Shown: positions 22,570 to 35,577 of the stretch, piece after piece
How positions within the stretch are numbered: position 1 is the stretch's first letter
How the letters are laid out: each line of letters begins with the position of its first letter
Source: the human T2T-CHM13v2.0 reference genome, Homo sapiens
DNA: 64,000 nucleotides
Direction: 5' to 3' (one strand)
Assembly: GCF_009914755.1 (NCBI RefSeq)
Contig: NC_060937.1
Notes under the pieces: model-generated
What the model saw: the letters and a program-made list of their open reading frames with translations, nothing else
Database searches by the model: none
What the model was told of the DNA's origin: nothing
Translations under genes and position numbers: made by a program

Positions 22570-25500
22570 TTGCCACTACGGAAGCTGCTGGCATGTGCAA
22601 GCAAGGACAATCCAGTTGCCAACACACTGCAAAGTGCTTTGCTTGGCACTACCCATTGGAGAACTGTGACCAGCAGTCTAGGAACTCCTCAGCCCCTCCA
22701 TTACAGCTCCTCAAGAAGCCACAGAACAATGTTGGGGCCCAATGTCAGTCCCAAAGAGTACAGTACACAATCAAGGAATCATAAACTGAGGATTGGCCCC
22801 CTAAAATCTTCCAGAAACAAAGCCAGTCAACTGAGCTCACATTGTACCACAATCAAACCCTCAGGCCATCAAATAGAATAAAAGAAAAAAAATACAAAGG
22901 ACAGCAACTTGAAAGACTGAAGGAACATCAACCCACAAATATGAGAAGGAACCAGTGCAATAACTCTGACAGTTGAAAAAGTGAGAGTGTCTTCTTTCCT
23001 CCAAATGACACACTAGTTCTCCACCAAGGTTTCCTAGTCAGGCTGAGATGGCTGAAATGACAGAAATAGAATTCAGACTATGGATAGAAACGAAGATCAT
23101 AGAGATTCAGGAGAATGTTGAAACCCAATCCAAGAAAGCTGAGAATCACAATAAAATGATACAAGAGGCTGACAGACAAAATAGTACAGAAAAAAATGAA
23201 ATCGACCTGATAGAGCTGAAAGTTACATTACAATAATTTCATAATGCAATTGCAATTATCAATAGTAGAATAGATCAAGCTGGGGAAAGAATCTCAGAGC
23301 TTGAAGACTGGCTTTCTATCATAAAATAGTGAGACAAGAATAATGAGAAAAGAATAAAAAGGAATGAACAGAATCTCTGAGAAAGATGGTATTATGTAAA
23401 GAAACTAAATATATGACTCATTGGCATCCCTGAAAGATACAGGAAGAATGGAAGCAACTTGGAAAACATATTTCAGTATATGACTCATGAGAACTTCCCC
23501 AACCTAGCTAGAGAGGCCAGCATTCAAATTCAGGAAACACAGATAACCCCTGCAAAATACTTCACAAGAAAATCATCTCTTCATCAAAAAGCTAATTCAC
23601 CATGATCAAGTATGCTTTTTCTCTGGGATATAAGGTTGGTTCAGCACACGTAAATCAATAAATGTGATTTAACACATAAACATAACTAAGGACAAAAACA
23701 ACATGATCATCTCAACCAATGCAGAAAAATCTTTTGATAAAATTTAACATTTCTTTACATTAAAAACTCTCAACAAACTAGTTATTGAGGAAACATACCT
23801 CAAAATAATAAGAGCCATGCATGGTGATAAACCCACAGTCAACAACGTATTGAACAGGCAAAAGCTGGAAGTATTTCCAGTGAAAACTGGCACAAAACAC
23901 TGAAGCCCTTTTACCACTCCTATTCAACATAGTATTTGATGTCCTGACCAGAACAGTCAGGTAAGAGAAAGAAATAAAGGACATCCAAATAGGAAAAGAG
24001 GATTGTATCTGTTTGCAGACAACATGATCCTATATCTAGTGAATCCCATAGTCTCAGCCCTGAAACTCCTTTAGTTGATAAACAACTTCAGCAAAATTTC
24101 AGGATACAAAATCAACATACAAAACTCACTAGCATTCCTATACACCAACAACAGCCAAATCAAGAGCCAAATCAGGAATGCAATCCCATTCACAACTGCC
24201 ACAAAAAGAATAAAATACCTAAGATACAGCTAACTAGGAAGGTGAAAGATCTCCACAATGAGAATTACTGAACACTGCTCAAGGAACTCAGAGATGACAC
24301 AAACAAATGGGAAAATATTACAAGCTCATGGATAGGAATAATCAATATTATTTAAATGGACAAACTGCCCAAAGCAATGTACAGATTCAATGCTATTCCT
24401 ATTAAACCACCAATGACATTCTTTACAGAATTAGAAAAAAAATTTAAATGTATATGAAACCACAAAAGATTGAATAGCCAAGGCAATCCTAAGAAAAAAG
24501 AAAAAAGCAGAAAGCATCATGCTACCTGGCTTCAAACTACACTACACGGCTACAATAATCAAAACAGTATGGTACTGGTACAAAAACAGACACATAGACC
24601 AATGGAACTGCATAGCAAGTGCAGAAATAAGGTCACACACCTACAACAATCTGATTTTTGACAAAGCTGATGAAAACAAGCAATGGGGAAAGGACTTCTT
24701 GTTCCATAAATGGTGCTGGGATAACTTGCTAGCTTCATGCAGAAGATTGAAATTGAATCCCTTCCTTACGCATATACAAAAATCAACTCAAGATAGAATA
24801 AAGACTTAAATGTAAAACCCCAAACCATCAAAACCCTGGTAGATGCTTAGACGATGTTATTCTGACATAGGAACTGGCAAAGATTTCATGACAAAGATGT
24901 CAAAAGTAATTGTAACAAAAGCAAAAATTGACAAATGGGATCTAATTAAACTAAAGAGCTTCTGCGTATCAATAGAAACTATTTATAGAATACACAGAAA
25001 ACCTACAAAATGAGAGAAAATATTTGCAAACTCTTCACTTGGCAAAGGTCTAATATCCAGCATCAATAAGGGACTTAAACAAATTTACAAGAAACAAACA
25101 AAAAACCCCATTAAAAAGTGGACAAAGGACATGAACCGACTTGAGCCTTGGCCTTGTCTTTTCAAAAGAAGACATATATGCAGTTGAAAAGAATTTCAAT
25201 ATCAGTGATCATTAGAAAAATACAAATTAAAACCACAATGAGATACTATCTCACACCATTCAGAATGGCTATTATTAAAAAGTCAAAAAATAACAGTTGC
25301 TGGTGTGGTTGCTGAGAAAATGTAATGTTTATACACTGTTGATGGGAGTGTAAATTAGTTTACCCATTGTGGAAAGTAGTGTGGTGATTCCTCAAAGAGC
25401 CGAAAAGAGAACTACCATTTGACCCAGCAATCCTATTACTGGATGTTTACAAAAATTTTTAAATGTCCTTCAAAGAAAATAATGTATAGACTAATTGATT

Positions 25501-25641
25501 TTTAAAAAACTACCTATCAGGTACTATACTCACTACCTGGGTGAGGAATCAATATTCCAAACCTCAGCATCACACAATATTCCCAGGTAAAAATCCTGCA
25601 TATATACCCCATATCTAAAATAAAAGTTGAAATAAAAAAAA
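22570..25641 (+). mobile_element. Second old primate L1 (L1PA13-16-like), 5'-truncated with large internal deletions
   Basis: ORF1 remnant (MAEMTEIEFRLWI) jumps at ~23580 into ORF2 RT (CATCAAAAAGCTAATTCACCATGATCAAG); [17 protein letters not shown]; 3'UTR AAAAACTACCTATC..TCTAAAATAAAAGTTGAAA. Confidence 0.92.
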
Positions 25642-26923
25642 CCTATTTTATTAGAATCTTTGTGAATTGCTAGTACCAAAATGACATACATATCTACTGA
25701 CTTGAATTAACTTTTTTATGTAGTAGAAATAAAATACATTTGCTTCTTTTAATTTAAAGGCAAATTAAGCTAAATATGTGTCTCTAAGATTATAGATCAT
25801 ATTTTTTATACATTATTTCTTTTATTTCATTTGTTTAGGATTATTGGGAGCCTCCTTTTGCCCACATTCTCTATTATCCTAAGAATAATGAATTATCTGT
25901 GGTTGGTATTTCAATCTGTACCACACGACTGAAGGATTTTCTTAAAATAAAACTTTAGGATTTGGATTTTCTTTCTACCACAAAGGCAGAGTATGTTTTT
26001 GTGTTATTTAATTACTCAGATAAATAAGTTTCTTTGAGTTAAAAACATTAAAATATTTAAAACAAAATTAAATAATACAGAATGCTATAATCTCAAGCAT
26101 CCCTCCACCTTCTATGAACATTTTAAAGATACATTTTTTAGAATTTCTGGTTTGGATTTATATGAAGATGACCCAGAAATCTTTAAGTTGTGTATTTATT
26201 TATGAATGTATTTATCTATCAACTTTAGATGATACCTATTTCTCCATAGAAGGAAAAATGAGTATTCAGTGTTCTTACGCTATTCTTGATTTTGTTTCTT
26301 TCTCACTTGTCCTAACATTTCAGAGCAAATATCACCCACTAGTTACATTTCAATCTTATAATTTTATTATTAGCCTTTTTTTGGAGGCCTCTCAACTTTG
26401 ACAATATTTGCTAATTACATGAACGGAAAACATTAGTGCCTCTACTTTCCCATTCACCATGATTCCCCTACTCTATATCATCAAATATGTCATCTGTTGA
26501 TTTAATTTTACGTTTTGTACTGAAGCTTTATTTAAGCATTTATTTATTTGTTGGTGACACCTAAGTGTTAAAATCAAAACAAAACAATCACTATAATGTC
26601 TTGATTATGCAAATATTTGTCAAGGCCATGTAAAGTGTCATGTTTCCTGTGCTATTTTTATGAGACTGTAGTAACTGTCAGTCTAATGAAGTATTTTCTA
26701 TTCTTTAGTAGTTATTAAAATTCATGTAATATGTGAGTCAAACTTATATTTTAATCATGTGGCTTATAAAACAACTGATTTTTTTCTGCTGTATTAATTG
26801 CATTACTTTTCTGTCAAAATTATAATATGCTTATATCATTATACCCTCTCATGAATACTATTCATTGTTATAATGTATTTATCCCAGGTGGGTTTTTCCG
26901 AAAAGAGAGAACTTTCCTTCTTT

Positions 26924-27171
26924 TTCTTCTTGTTTTCTAATAAAGTTGTTAGTTAATCTTTGATTTTTTCTTTTAATGCTTTCAGTTTTTCTCATATATT
27001 TGATGACTGATGGTGCTTAAATTTAAATTTTAAAAACAATTATTTAGGTTGATGTTATTGACTTATTTTTTTCTTGATTGAGAGGACTGTTTCTCCTGTA
27101 GATCACCCCTCTGATGTAAAAAGCAAAACTTTTCACTCTCATTTTAAGAGTAATCTGTGATATCCCACAAG
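26924..27171. repeat. Diverged direct repeat, copy 1 (copy 2 at 28265-28509)
   Basis: Colinear shared blocks GATGACTG, TATTTAGGTTGA, TATTGACTTATTTT, TGTAAAAAGC, AAACTTTTCACTCT, ATATCCCACAAG. Confidence 0.9.
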
Positions 27172-27884
27172 GTTTATCTATTTTGGCATGCTTGCTTGCT
27201 TAATATTATTGTATGGATTATAACATTTCTATTTTAGGTCAACTCATAGAGGCTTTTCAATTCCCGCTTTGTCTTGAGTTTTTTCAATTTTTTTCTTTTG
27301 AGGTACTATCAAAATTCCTGCAGAAAAAAAAGATGAATATTTTAACAAATATTCTAGTTCCTACACACCTAAAAACTGTTACTACTTTTCCTTCATAGTT
27401 TGTGCAACACTGATGTCTAGATTCAAAATTTTTTTTTCTGTAGTATAAAGATATTTCACTTGTTTTTCTATGGCACGTAAAATTTCTCATCGGTAGGCTG
27501 AAGCCAGATTCTGCTTTCTTTACAGATTCCCTAATGTTTCTTTTTATTATTTTCTCCAAAATCATAATTGATCTGACATAACTAGATTGGTGTCTTCTTC
27601 CTTCATTCTGATTGGTACAGTATCATCTCTATGATTTTAAAAGCTTACATTTTCTTCAGTGCTATTACTTCTGTGATAATTTCCTCCCTATCCATACCTT
27701 CATTTTTTTTTTTCTGGATCTCTATTTTAACCTCTTCTATGTATTCTATGTTATATGTTTTCTCAAATATTTTGTCAATTTGCTCTGTCCTCTGAGAAAT
27801 GTATTTAAGTTTATATTCTAGTCCTTTGACAGCATTTATTGTTGTATATATCGTAACTTTTATTGCCAATACATGTTTTCTTTG

Positions 27885-27990
27885 TCCCTCCTACCTTTCT
27901 CCTCCTCCTCTGTTTTCTTCTTCTCTTCTTTTCTTTTCCTCCTTCCTCCTCCTCACTCTTTTCTCCTCCTCCTCCTCTTTTTCTTCTTTA
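27885..27990. repeat. CT-rich low-complexity (polypyrimidine) tract
   Basis: Runs of CCT and TTC. Confidence 0.9.
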
Positions 27991-27995
27991 CTATT

Positions 27996-28201
27996 TGTGA
28001 TGGTTGATGCTGAGTGCCAACTTTGTTGGAGTGAAGGATACAAAATATTAATCGTGGGTGTGTCTGTGTGGGTGTTGCCAAAAGAGATTAACATTTGAGT
28101 CAGTGGGCTGGGGAGGGCAGATCCACCCTTAATCTGGTGGGCACAATCTAATATATATATCCCATTAGTTGTGTCCCTCTAAGAAAACCCTCACTAACAC
28201 A
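27996..28201 (+). mobile_element. MLT2A (MLT2A1-like) solo LTR with large internal deletion
   Basis: TGTGATGGTTGATGCTGAGTG..GAGATTAACATTTGAGTCAGTGG..AACCCTCACTAACACA; only 206 bp; perfect TSD CTATT (27991-27995, 28202-28206). Confidence 0.92.
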
Positions 28202-28264
28202 CTATTGTTTTCGTTGCATTACTTCCAAAGTTTCTCTGTTTAAGATAGTTTCTTCTTCTTTTAA

Positions 28265-28509
28265 TTCTTCTTGTCTTCTGATAAGTTCTTAGCTTTTCTT
28301 GAATTTTCTCTTTCATGTTTTTAGTTTTTTTAATATATATGATGACTGTTGGTGTTTAAATTTAATTTTTAAAAACTATTATTTAGGTTGACAGTATTGA
28401 CTTATTTTGCTCTTAAATAAAGGACTGCTTCTCCTATAGACCTCCTCATTGGTGTAAAAAGCCAAACTTTTCACTCTAATTTTAAAGGTAATATTTCATA
28501 TCCCACAAG
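28265..28509. repeat. Diverged direct repeat, copy 2
   Basis: Aligns colinearly to 26924-27171 at an offset of ~1338 bp. Confidence 0.9.
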
Positions 28510-30204
28510 AAATATTATCCTTTAGTTTCAGTAGTATTAGTTATGTCTTGTAACACAAAAGACCAAATAAAGAGATGTTCATCAGTATCTCACTTTAAAA
28601 AGTAGGTCGCAAAAGCTTTCTATACTGCTTCTGTAACTTACTAACAATTTTGAAAAATCAAGAAGACTTTACTTCTTCACTTTTTAAGTTGTTATTAAAT
28701 ATATTTCTTGCTTTGAACTTTGAATTAATTTCAATAGTCACCTCTATCTAAGCTCCATGAAACAAGCCCAAGACATGAGGGATCTTATGAATTTTTATGA
28801 AAATTTTACCCAGTGAACTATGAGATAAAATTTATTATCACTGAGGCAAAGCAGATGACATAAAATGTAGGATATTAAAATAGACAGATAGCAGAGTAAA
28901 ATTTCTATAAGCTGTCTACAAGAGGAATGTGGTATGCAAAGTCACCAAAAAAGAATTTTCCTGTTATTAGTACAATCTGTGTTACTTTTAATTACCTGCT
29001 ATTTTTTTACAGATTATTTCACAGAATATTTTCTTTATTATATAAAGATTAAATTACTTTAAATATGTGAACTATATCAGTAAATTTTAAAAAATGAATG
29101 AACTTGAATGTAAAATGTTATTACGAAACAAGACTCATTAAAGATACCTTCTTGCCAATAAAATATTTTTTTGGTATTTTTTTAGAGATGATGTCACTGT
29201 AAATAAGCAGAAAGAAGAGAAAAAAGAAAACATTATGAAAAAAATATTGTGCTGTGATTTTCTACTGAATTGGTATAGCAGAGAAGTGTGCTATATAATG
29301 TACATCCTATTGTGGGTTTGACAAGAAAGCAGATTATTTATCTGGATTTTTCTTTTCTCTTTCTTTTTTCTTTTTTTCTTTCTTTTTTTTTTTTACTATT
29401 AAAGACTTCCTACAAATAATTAAGTCCAAATAATTTATTATAAAATATCCATCATCAAAATGTTGAAATAAAATCATAAAGATATGTCATTAGGAGGTCA
29501 CCTAGTACAGTTTTAACATTTATCTATAATAATCTAAAGCAAGGTTTTTTTCCAAAATGTTTCACATTAAAAGTTTCTATCAATTTAATTATGATATGGA
29601 TAGTTTATGTTTTATGGTTTTATGTATGCTAAATTACATTTTCCTTATTGGCTTTTGAAACAGAATCTATGAAATAATATAATAATACAGTTGGAAAGGG
29701 TCTTACAAATCTTCAGTATCAAACTCTCAATGCTTTTGTACCATCTACAGCCTCTAAAACATGTTTCTAATGAGTAAAACACATTTGTGTTTTTCAGTTC
29801 ATTCATGTCTTTAAAATTTGACTGTGCAAAATATATTTTTAAAAATTGTTATCAATATAGTTTTACTGCAAGATTTTTATGAGGAATATACTTACTTATT
29901 AGCTTCTTTCTCTCACACTTTGATCTGATTCTGCCATTCAATAAAATTGCAACGCTTGGATAAACATACATAAGTATTAGAAGGCATAGGCTCCTACTTA
30001 TAATGATTAACAAATGAATAACTGTTATTTCCTCCTCACTATTTTTTCAATAATAATTTCTTATTGATTGTAACTAGTAAATTATGCCCTATAATTGATA
30101 TTGCAGACATCATTTGCTATAATAACTTGCCAAATATTAATGAGAATATTGTTTTGTTTTGGCATCCCATTTTTTCTAGAAACTTAAAGGTATCATAGAT
30201 GATC

Positions 30205-30270
30205 AATCATTTCTTCAGCAAGTATTTATTGAGCACTCACTACCTGCTCTGCACCTTGTAAACTGCACTC
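30205..30270 (-). mobile_element. L2 3' terminus fragment
   Basis: TTCAGCAAGTATTTATTGAGCACTCACTA. Confidence 0.7.
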
Positions 30271-31900
30271 TAAAAATGAAGTATGAATTACTGATTTGCC
30301 TATATCCTTTTGGAGGAATATTACAGAAACCATCTGTGCTAAAATTATCTGAGCTTTTTATGATTTGTAAAAGAAGAAAAAAATGTGGAAGTAGAGTCTC
30401 TGTTAAATGACATTCAACCTAAAATTGCTAACATTTAATTAATATTGTATAACATTTAATGTTGGAAGATGCATTTGTAGTGATTTACATCCACATGACA
30501 CTGCATAAAATCTACTGGTACCTTTATCCACATTCAATTTCTGCTTTTATGTTATCTGTATATATTTAAATTCAATTGTATGTACATTTTGGTATTAAAA
30601 TTGTTTCTATATTTTTAATTCCTTTTTGGAAACCATAAAACTTTTGACATTAAACTTAGGGAAATTATTTCTTGAGCAATAATTTGATCAGAATAACATT
30701 TTTTTGTAATTCATTTACAGATAAAATACTGGCCATCCTGAAAAATATATTGTTTATGTTGTTTCAATAATGAAGTTCGCATAGCACTGTGATTCATTTG
30801 TATTATTTTGGCAAGCATTGTTACAAACATCACTCAAGTATCATTTTTTTGATAGACACTACTTTAATAAGATACAGGGGATTAATTCAATACATTTTTA
30901 AGTAGTTTAAGTAGTAGTTTTAAGTGTAAGAGACTGAAGAAAAATATGTAAAGTTAACTTTTAACATGTAAGACAAGTCTTGAAGCGGAATATGCTAAAA
31001 TGAGGTTTATTGCTAAGCAGTATCATTTATATTGGACTTGGTCATTTTTTTCCCCTTTCAAAGTATAAAAAGAACTTGTTGAAGATATGTATTTGTCTTT
31101 TTTCATTTTTTAAATCAAGAGAATATCAATATCTGGTTTGTGTTTTTGTAAGTTCAGTCTAGCTGCTGCTTTGAGAGAGGAGTAGAGTAAGTACAGGTTA
31201 GCGCTCAGATATTCCAATAAGGGAACTAAAACAGAGTAGTCAAGAAAAGATGAAGGCTTGTGTTAACATGTAAGTAATTAATTTTCAGATAAGAAGACAA
31301 ATTTGAGTTATATTTTGAGTTTATCAGAAAGATCAATAGGCATTTTGTTTCTGAATTTAGTAACTGCTTTAAAATCTTCACTAATAGTTAAAATTCAATG
31401 CTTGAAAATAATATGTATGTATGTACCTACACACCAGAAAAGTGGAAAATTTAGAGTTCCTAATGAATATTTTAATTTGGACAAGTCTATAAGATATCCA
31501 AGAAGATATGTCAAAAATGTATTGTAGTTGAAAATATGAATCTGAACTGAAATCAAGTATTTGAGCTCAGAAATCAGAGCTTCTAAAATGGAAGTAATAA
31601 AAAAGCACTAAAAATAATAATGCCTTTTTAGGAGTGTGGTTAAAAAAAAAAGTCACAGATCTAATCCAGAAAAGGTCTTAGAGTTGTGGAGTGGAGGAGG
31701 ATACACAAAATAAAATTTAGATTGTCATGAGAGATAAGCAGAAAAATAGATTGCGATATTAAGAAATCAATGGGGGGGGGGTTAATTACAATAACAAAGT
31801 ATGTCCATGAATATATTTTAGAAAGGGCATGGCTTAGGAAACTGCAATTTCAATGGAATGTTAGAGAACGATACACATTTGTAGAAAGTTGAGGATTGAG

Positions 31901-31980
31901 TTGTAGATAAATTGTAGTAAAATAAATTGTAGATAAATTGTAGTAAAATAAATTGTAGGTAAGTTGTAGTAAGTCTTGTA
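31901..31980. repeat. 26-bp tandem minisatellite, ~3 copies
   Basis: TTGTAGATAAATTGTAGTAAAATAAA at 31901 and 31927, degenerate copy at 31953. Confidence 0.9.
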
Positions 31981-32799
31981 AACATCTCTTTCAAGTGTGT
32001 GTGTAGGTGGAGGAATTTGGTGACACATGTTACTGAGGAGATAGGTAAGGAGTGACATCCTTGAATAGGGTACAGTAGATAATATCAAAGCCAAAAGTAA
32101 AGAACAAATTAGATGAAAACATTGAAGTTAGTTTATTCTTTGCAATGGGAAGAATGGGTTCTACTCAGGCAGTCTTTTAGTGTGAGTGTGAGTATAAAAA
32201 ATTACCAACTGTAAATGATGATACAGAGTTTTATGTAAGTGGAAAATGGAAATAATGCAAAGTAGTCGCCCCAAGAAAAAAGCTAACAGCTTTTTAGGAA
32301 ATGTGAGATTAAAGCTGTCATCTAAGTTGAGATTTTTGTTTGTCAACATGTGGAACGGGTTTGCAGATAGGTTCAACTGTCATGGAGATTTTTAGGCAAG
32401 ATAGCTGGAAAGGGAGGAAAAGAATATGAGAAGAGGAATGAGAGAAAAGCAGAAAAGGGGAAAGAAGTGAAGACAAGAAGAGAAAAAAAAGAGAGGGAAG
32501 GAAAAAGAAGAGTTTTGTATATTTGAAAATGAATTATTAAGAACAAGCTATTCCATACGCACACTGGGTAAGGAGGACAGAGAAGACTCACAATGTCTCT
32601 GAGACAGTTTTGGAAGCATTAAAATCAAGTACTCAAGAAGCTCATGCAGCAGTGGTGCACAAAATTATGTAAGATGAAGAGTGAAGTTGGAGGTGTATTC
32701 TTGCAGCAGAAAGTGGAAATAAGGCATCAGGGATTGAGCAGTTTTTGGTGTCAAAAAAGTTTAGATCATTGAGATTCAATAGAAATAAAATTTAAATAT

Positions 32800-33560
<761 letters not shown>

Positions 33561-34197
33561 AGTTGAAGAATGACTCTAATCTTGAAATGGTTCATAGCAT
33601 TTGGGCAAATGTGCTGAAAGTTTGTAATAACTGTATCTAAGACACCTTTCACTGATGATACTTTAGAAAACACAGTAAAAATAGTTTTAAGATTTCTTAG
33701 GCCATAATGTGAAACAATAAGGAAATATCAAAATATCAGGGACTTATTTTAAAATCCCAATATATATATAGATGTTTGATTTGTTATATCTGGAGCACTA
33801 TCCATGAGGATAGAAACTATTTTAATTTAATATATAAGATTTAAGTTATTTGTCAGATGTAGAAGCTACTAAAAATATATGTGATAGTTTGATTTTTGAG
33901 GCCAAAATTATACATTTCTTAACAAATTGAAAGTCCTTTGATACAAAACATAAATTATTAATTACAGTGCCTCATAGTACATGACTCATAGAGCTGAAAA
34001 ATATATATGAAATTTTTCAAATTTTAAATTAATTGAACTTTGATGTTAGGAAAGTCTTCTATGAGCAGTTGTTTGGTGACATCTCAAGACATTTCACTTT
34101 TTAAAAAATATCATTTTTTATTATATTTCTCATAATTTTCAAACAAAATTTCTGCTACTGAAATGATAATTTACCATGTTTTCAACCAAAAATATCT

Positions 34198-34224
34198 ATA
34201 TGTGTGCGTGTGTGTGTGTGTGTA
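34198..34224. repeat. (TG)n microsatellite
   Basis: TGTGTGCGTGTGTGTGTGTGTGT. Confidence 0.9.
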
Positions 34225-34627
34225 TAGGAATCGAAGTCCTTTATACAGTATGACAGCTGCAAGCTCAAAATCCCTTAAAACTGAAGTTATTGTTTGACAT
34301 TTAATTCTGATTTTAAGTGATTAATTTTATTAAATTTTTTTTCTTGAGAGAAAATATCTAATACAACTTACTTTGAATTTACAATAAGTATGTTTATTAT
34401 ATACTTTATTATCTTTTAAAATATTTTTATACAATGAGATTTTCATTCTGCTAGAGAAAATTGCAAGTTATATACATTGTGAAATCTGAAAAAAACAAAA
34501 ACAAAAACAATTTTTCCAACCTCTTTTTGTCCTTCCTATTTTAGTTGCAGTACTAGATTCTGCATTCTCCACTCAAGTCTACATTATTAGTGTGCTCTGG
34601 TTTTAAGCTTTAAAAAAGTCTATAAAA

Positions 34628-35043
34628 TGCCAAAGCTATTCAATGAGGAAAGAAACAATGTTTGAAAAGCTGGGTATCCATGTGCCAAAGAATAAAGTTG
34701 CACCTTTGTTTTACGCCATATATAAAAAGGACTAAAGACCTAATTGTAAGACCTCAAACTACAAAATTTCTAGAAGAAAACAAAGGGAAAATTTTGACGA
34801 CACTGGATGTGGCAATGAATTATTGGATATAATACCAGAAGCACAGGAAGCAAAAGCAAAAATAGATAACTAGGACTATATCAAGTTTTAAAATATTTGT
34901 GCATCCATGGACACAATCAAAAGAGTAAAAGGCAAACTACAGAATAGGAGAAAATATTTACAAATCCTGTATCTAAAAATAGATATCTGAAGTAGAATTC
35001 ACAAAAATAAAAAGTCCAATGATGGTCAGCAGATCTTGCTGAT

Positions 35044-35102
<59 letters not shown>

Positions 35103-35295
35103 GAGACAGAGAGAGAGAAAAGAGAAAAAGGGAGCTGTTATTTAATGAGTATAGGGTTTCAGATTTGCAATATTTAAAAGTTCTGGAGATCTGTTTTACA
35201 ACAATACAAATACATACTTAGCACTACTAAACTCTACACTTAAAAATGGTTAAGATGGTAAATTTTAAGTTATGTGTTTACAATAAAAACAAAAG
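34628..35295 (+). mobile_element. L1MB ORF2-end/3'UTR fragment
   Basis: AAAGACCTAATTGTAAGACC..CTAGAAGAAAAC; 3' TTTAATGAGTATAGGGTTTCAGATTTGCAA..CACTTAAAAATGGTTAAGATGGTAAATTTT. Confidence 0.85.
35046..35125. repeat. Compound (GA)n/(GAGACA)n microsatellite
   Basis: Directly visible; source of the ERERE.. ORF at 35036. Confidence 0.95.
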
Positions 35296-35577
35296 TGATA
35301 CAACAAAATGAGACTAAAACATATCTCTCAATATCTACAAAAGAGTGTCATAGACTTTTCAAAGCACTACCAAGATGACAAAGCCTATGATAAACATATA
35401 TTTTTAAATAAAATGCCAAGACTTAAAAATTTAAGATCTATAATACTTTACTTATTTTACAATTAAAATGTAAGAAATTATTCAGTTTAATTGCCAATTA
35501 CTGTTGCCATAATTAATACATTACCTTGTGTTTTTTGCATAAAATGTGAAGCAAATTGCACTTTACATTTATGCAAG

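Noticed and set aside
16224-24809. ORFs with WYKNRHI..KWCW and ORF1-like peptides (16224, 23048, 24519)
   Set aside because: Fragments of dead L1 ORF1/ORF2, not genes.
27612-28098. E/K/R-rich and S/L/F-rich ORFs
   Set aside because: Products of the CT low-complexity tract and the MLT2A LTR.
31901-31980. Short direct repeats as a CRISPR-like array (also 22297, 48164, 58420)
   Set aside because: Only 2-3 copies, no series of unique spacers, no cas genes, and primate context.
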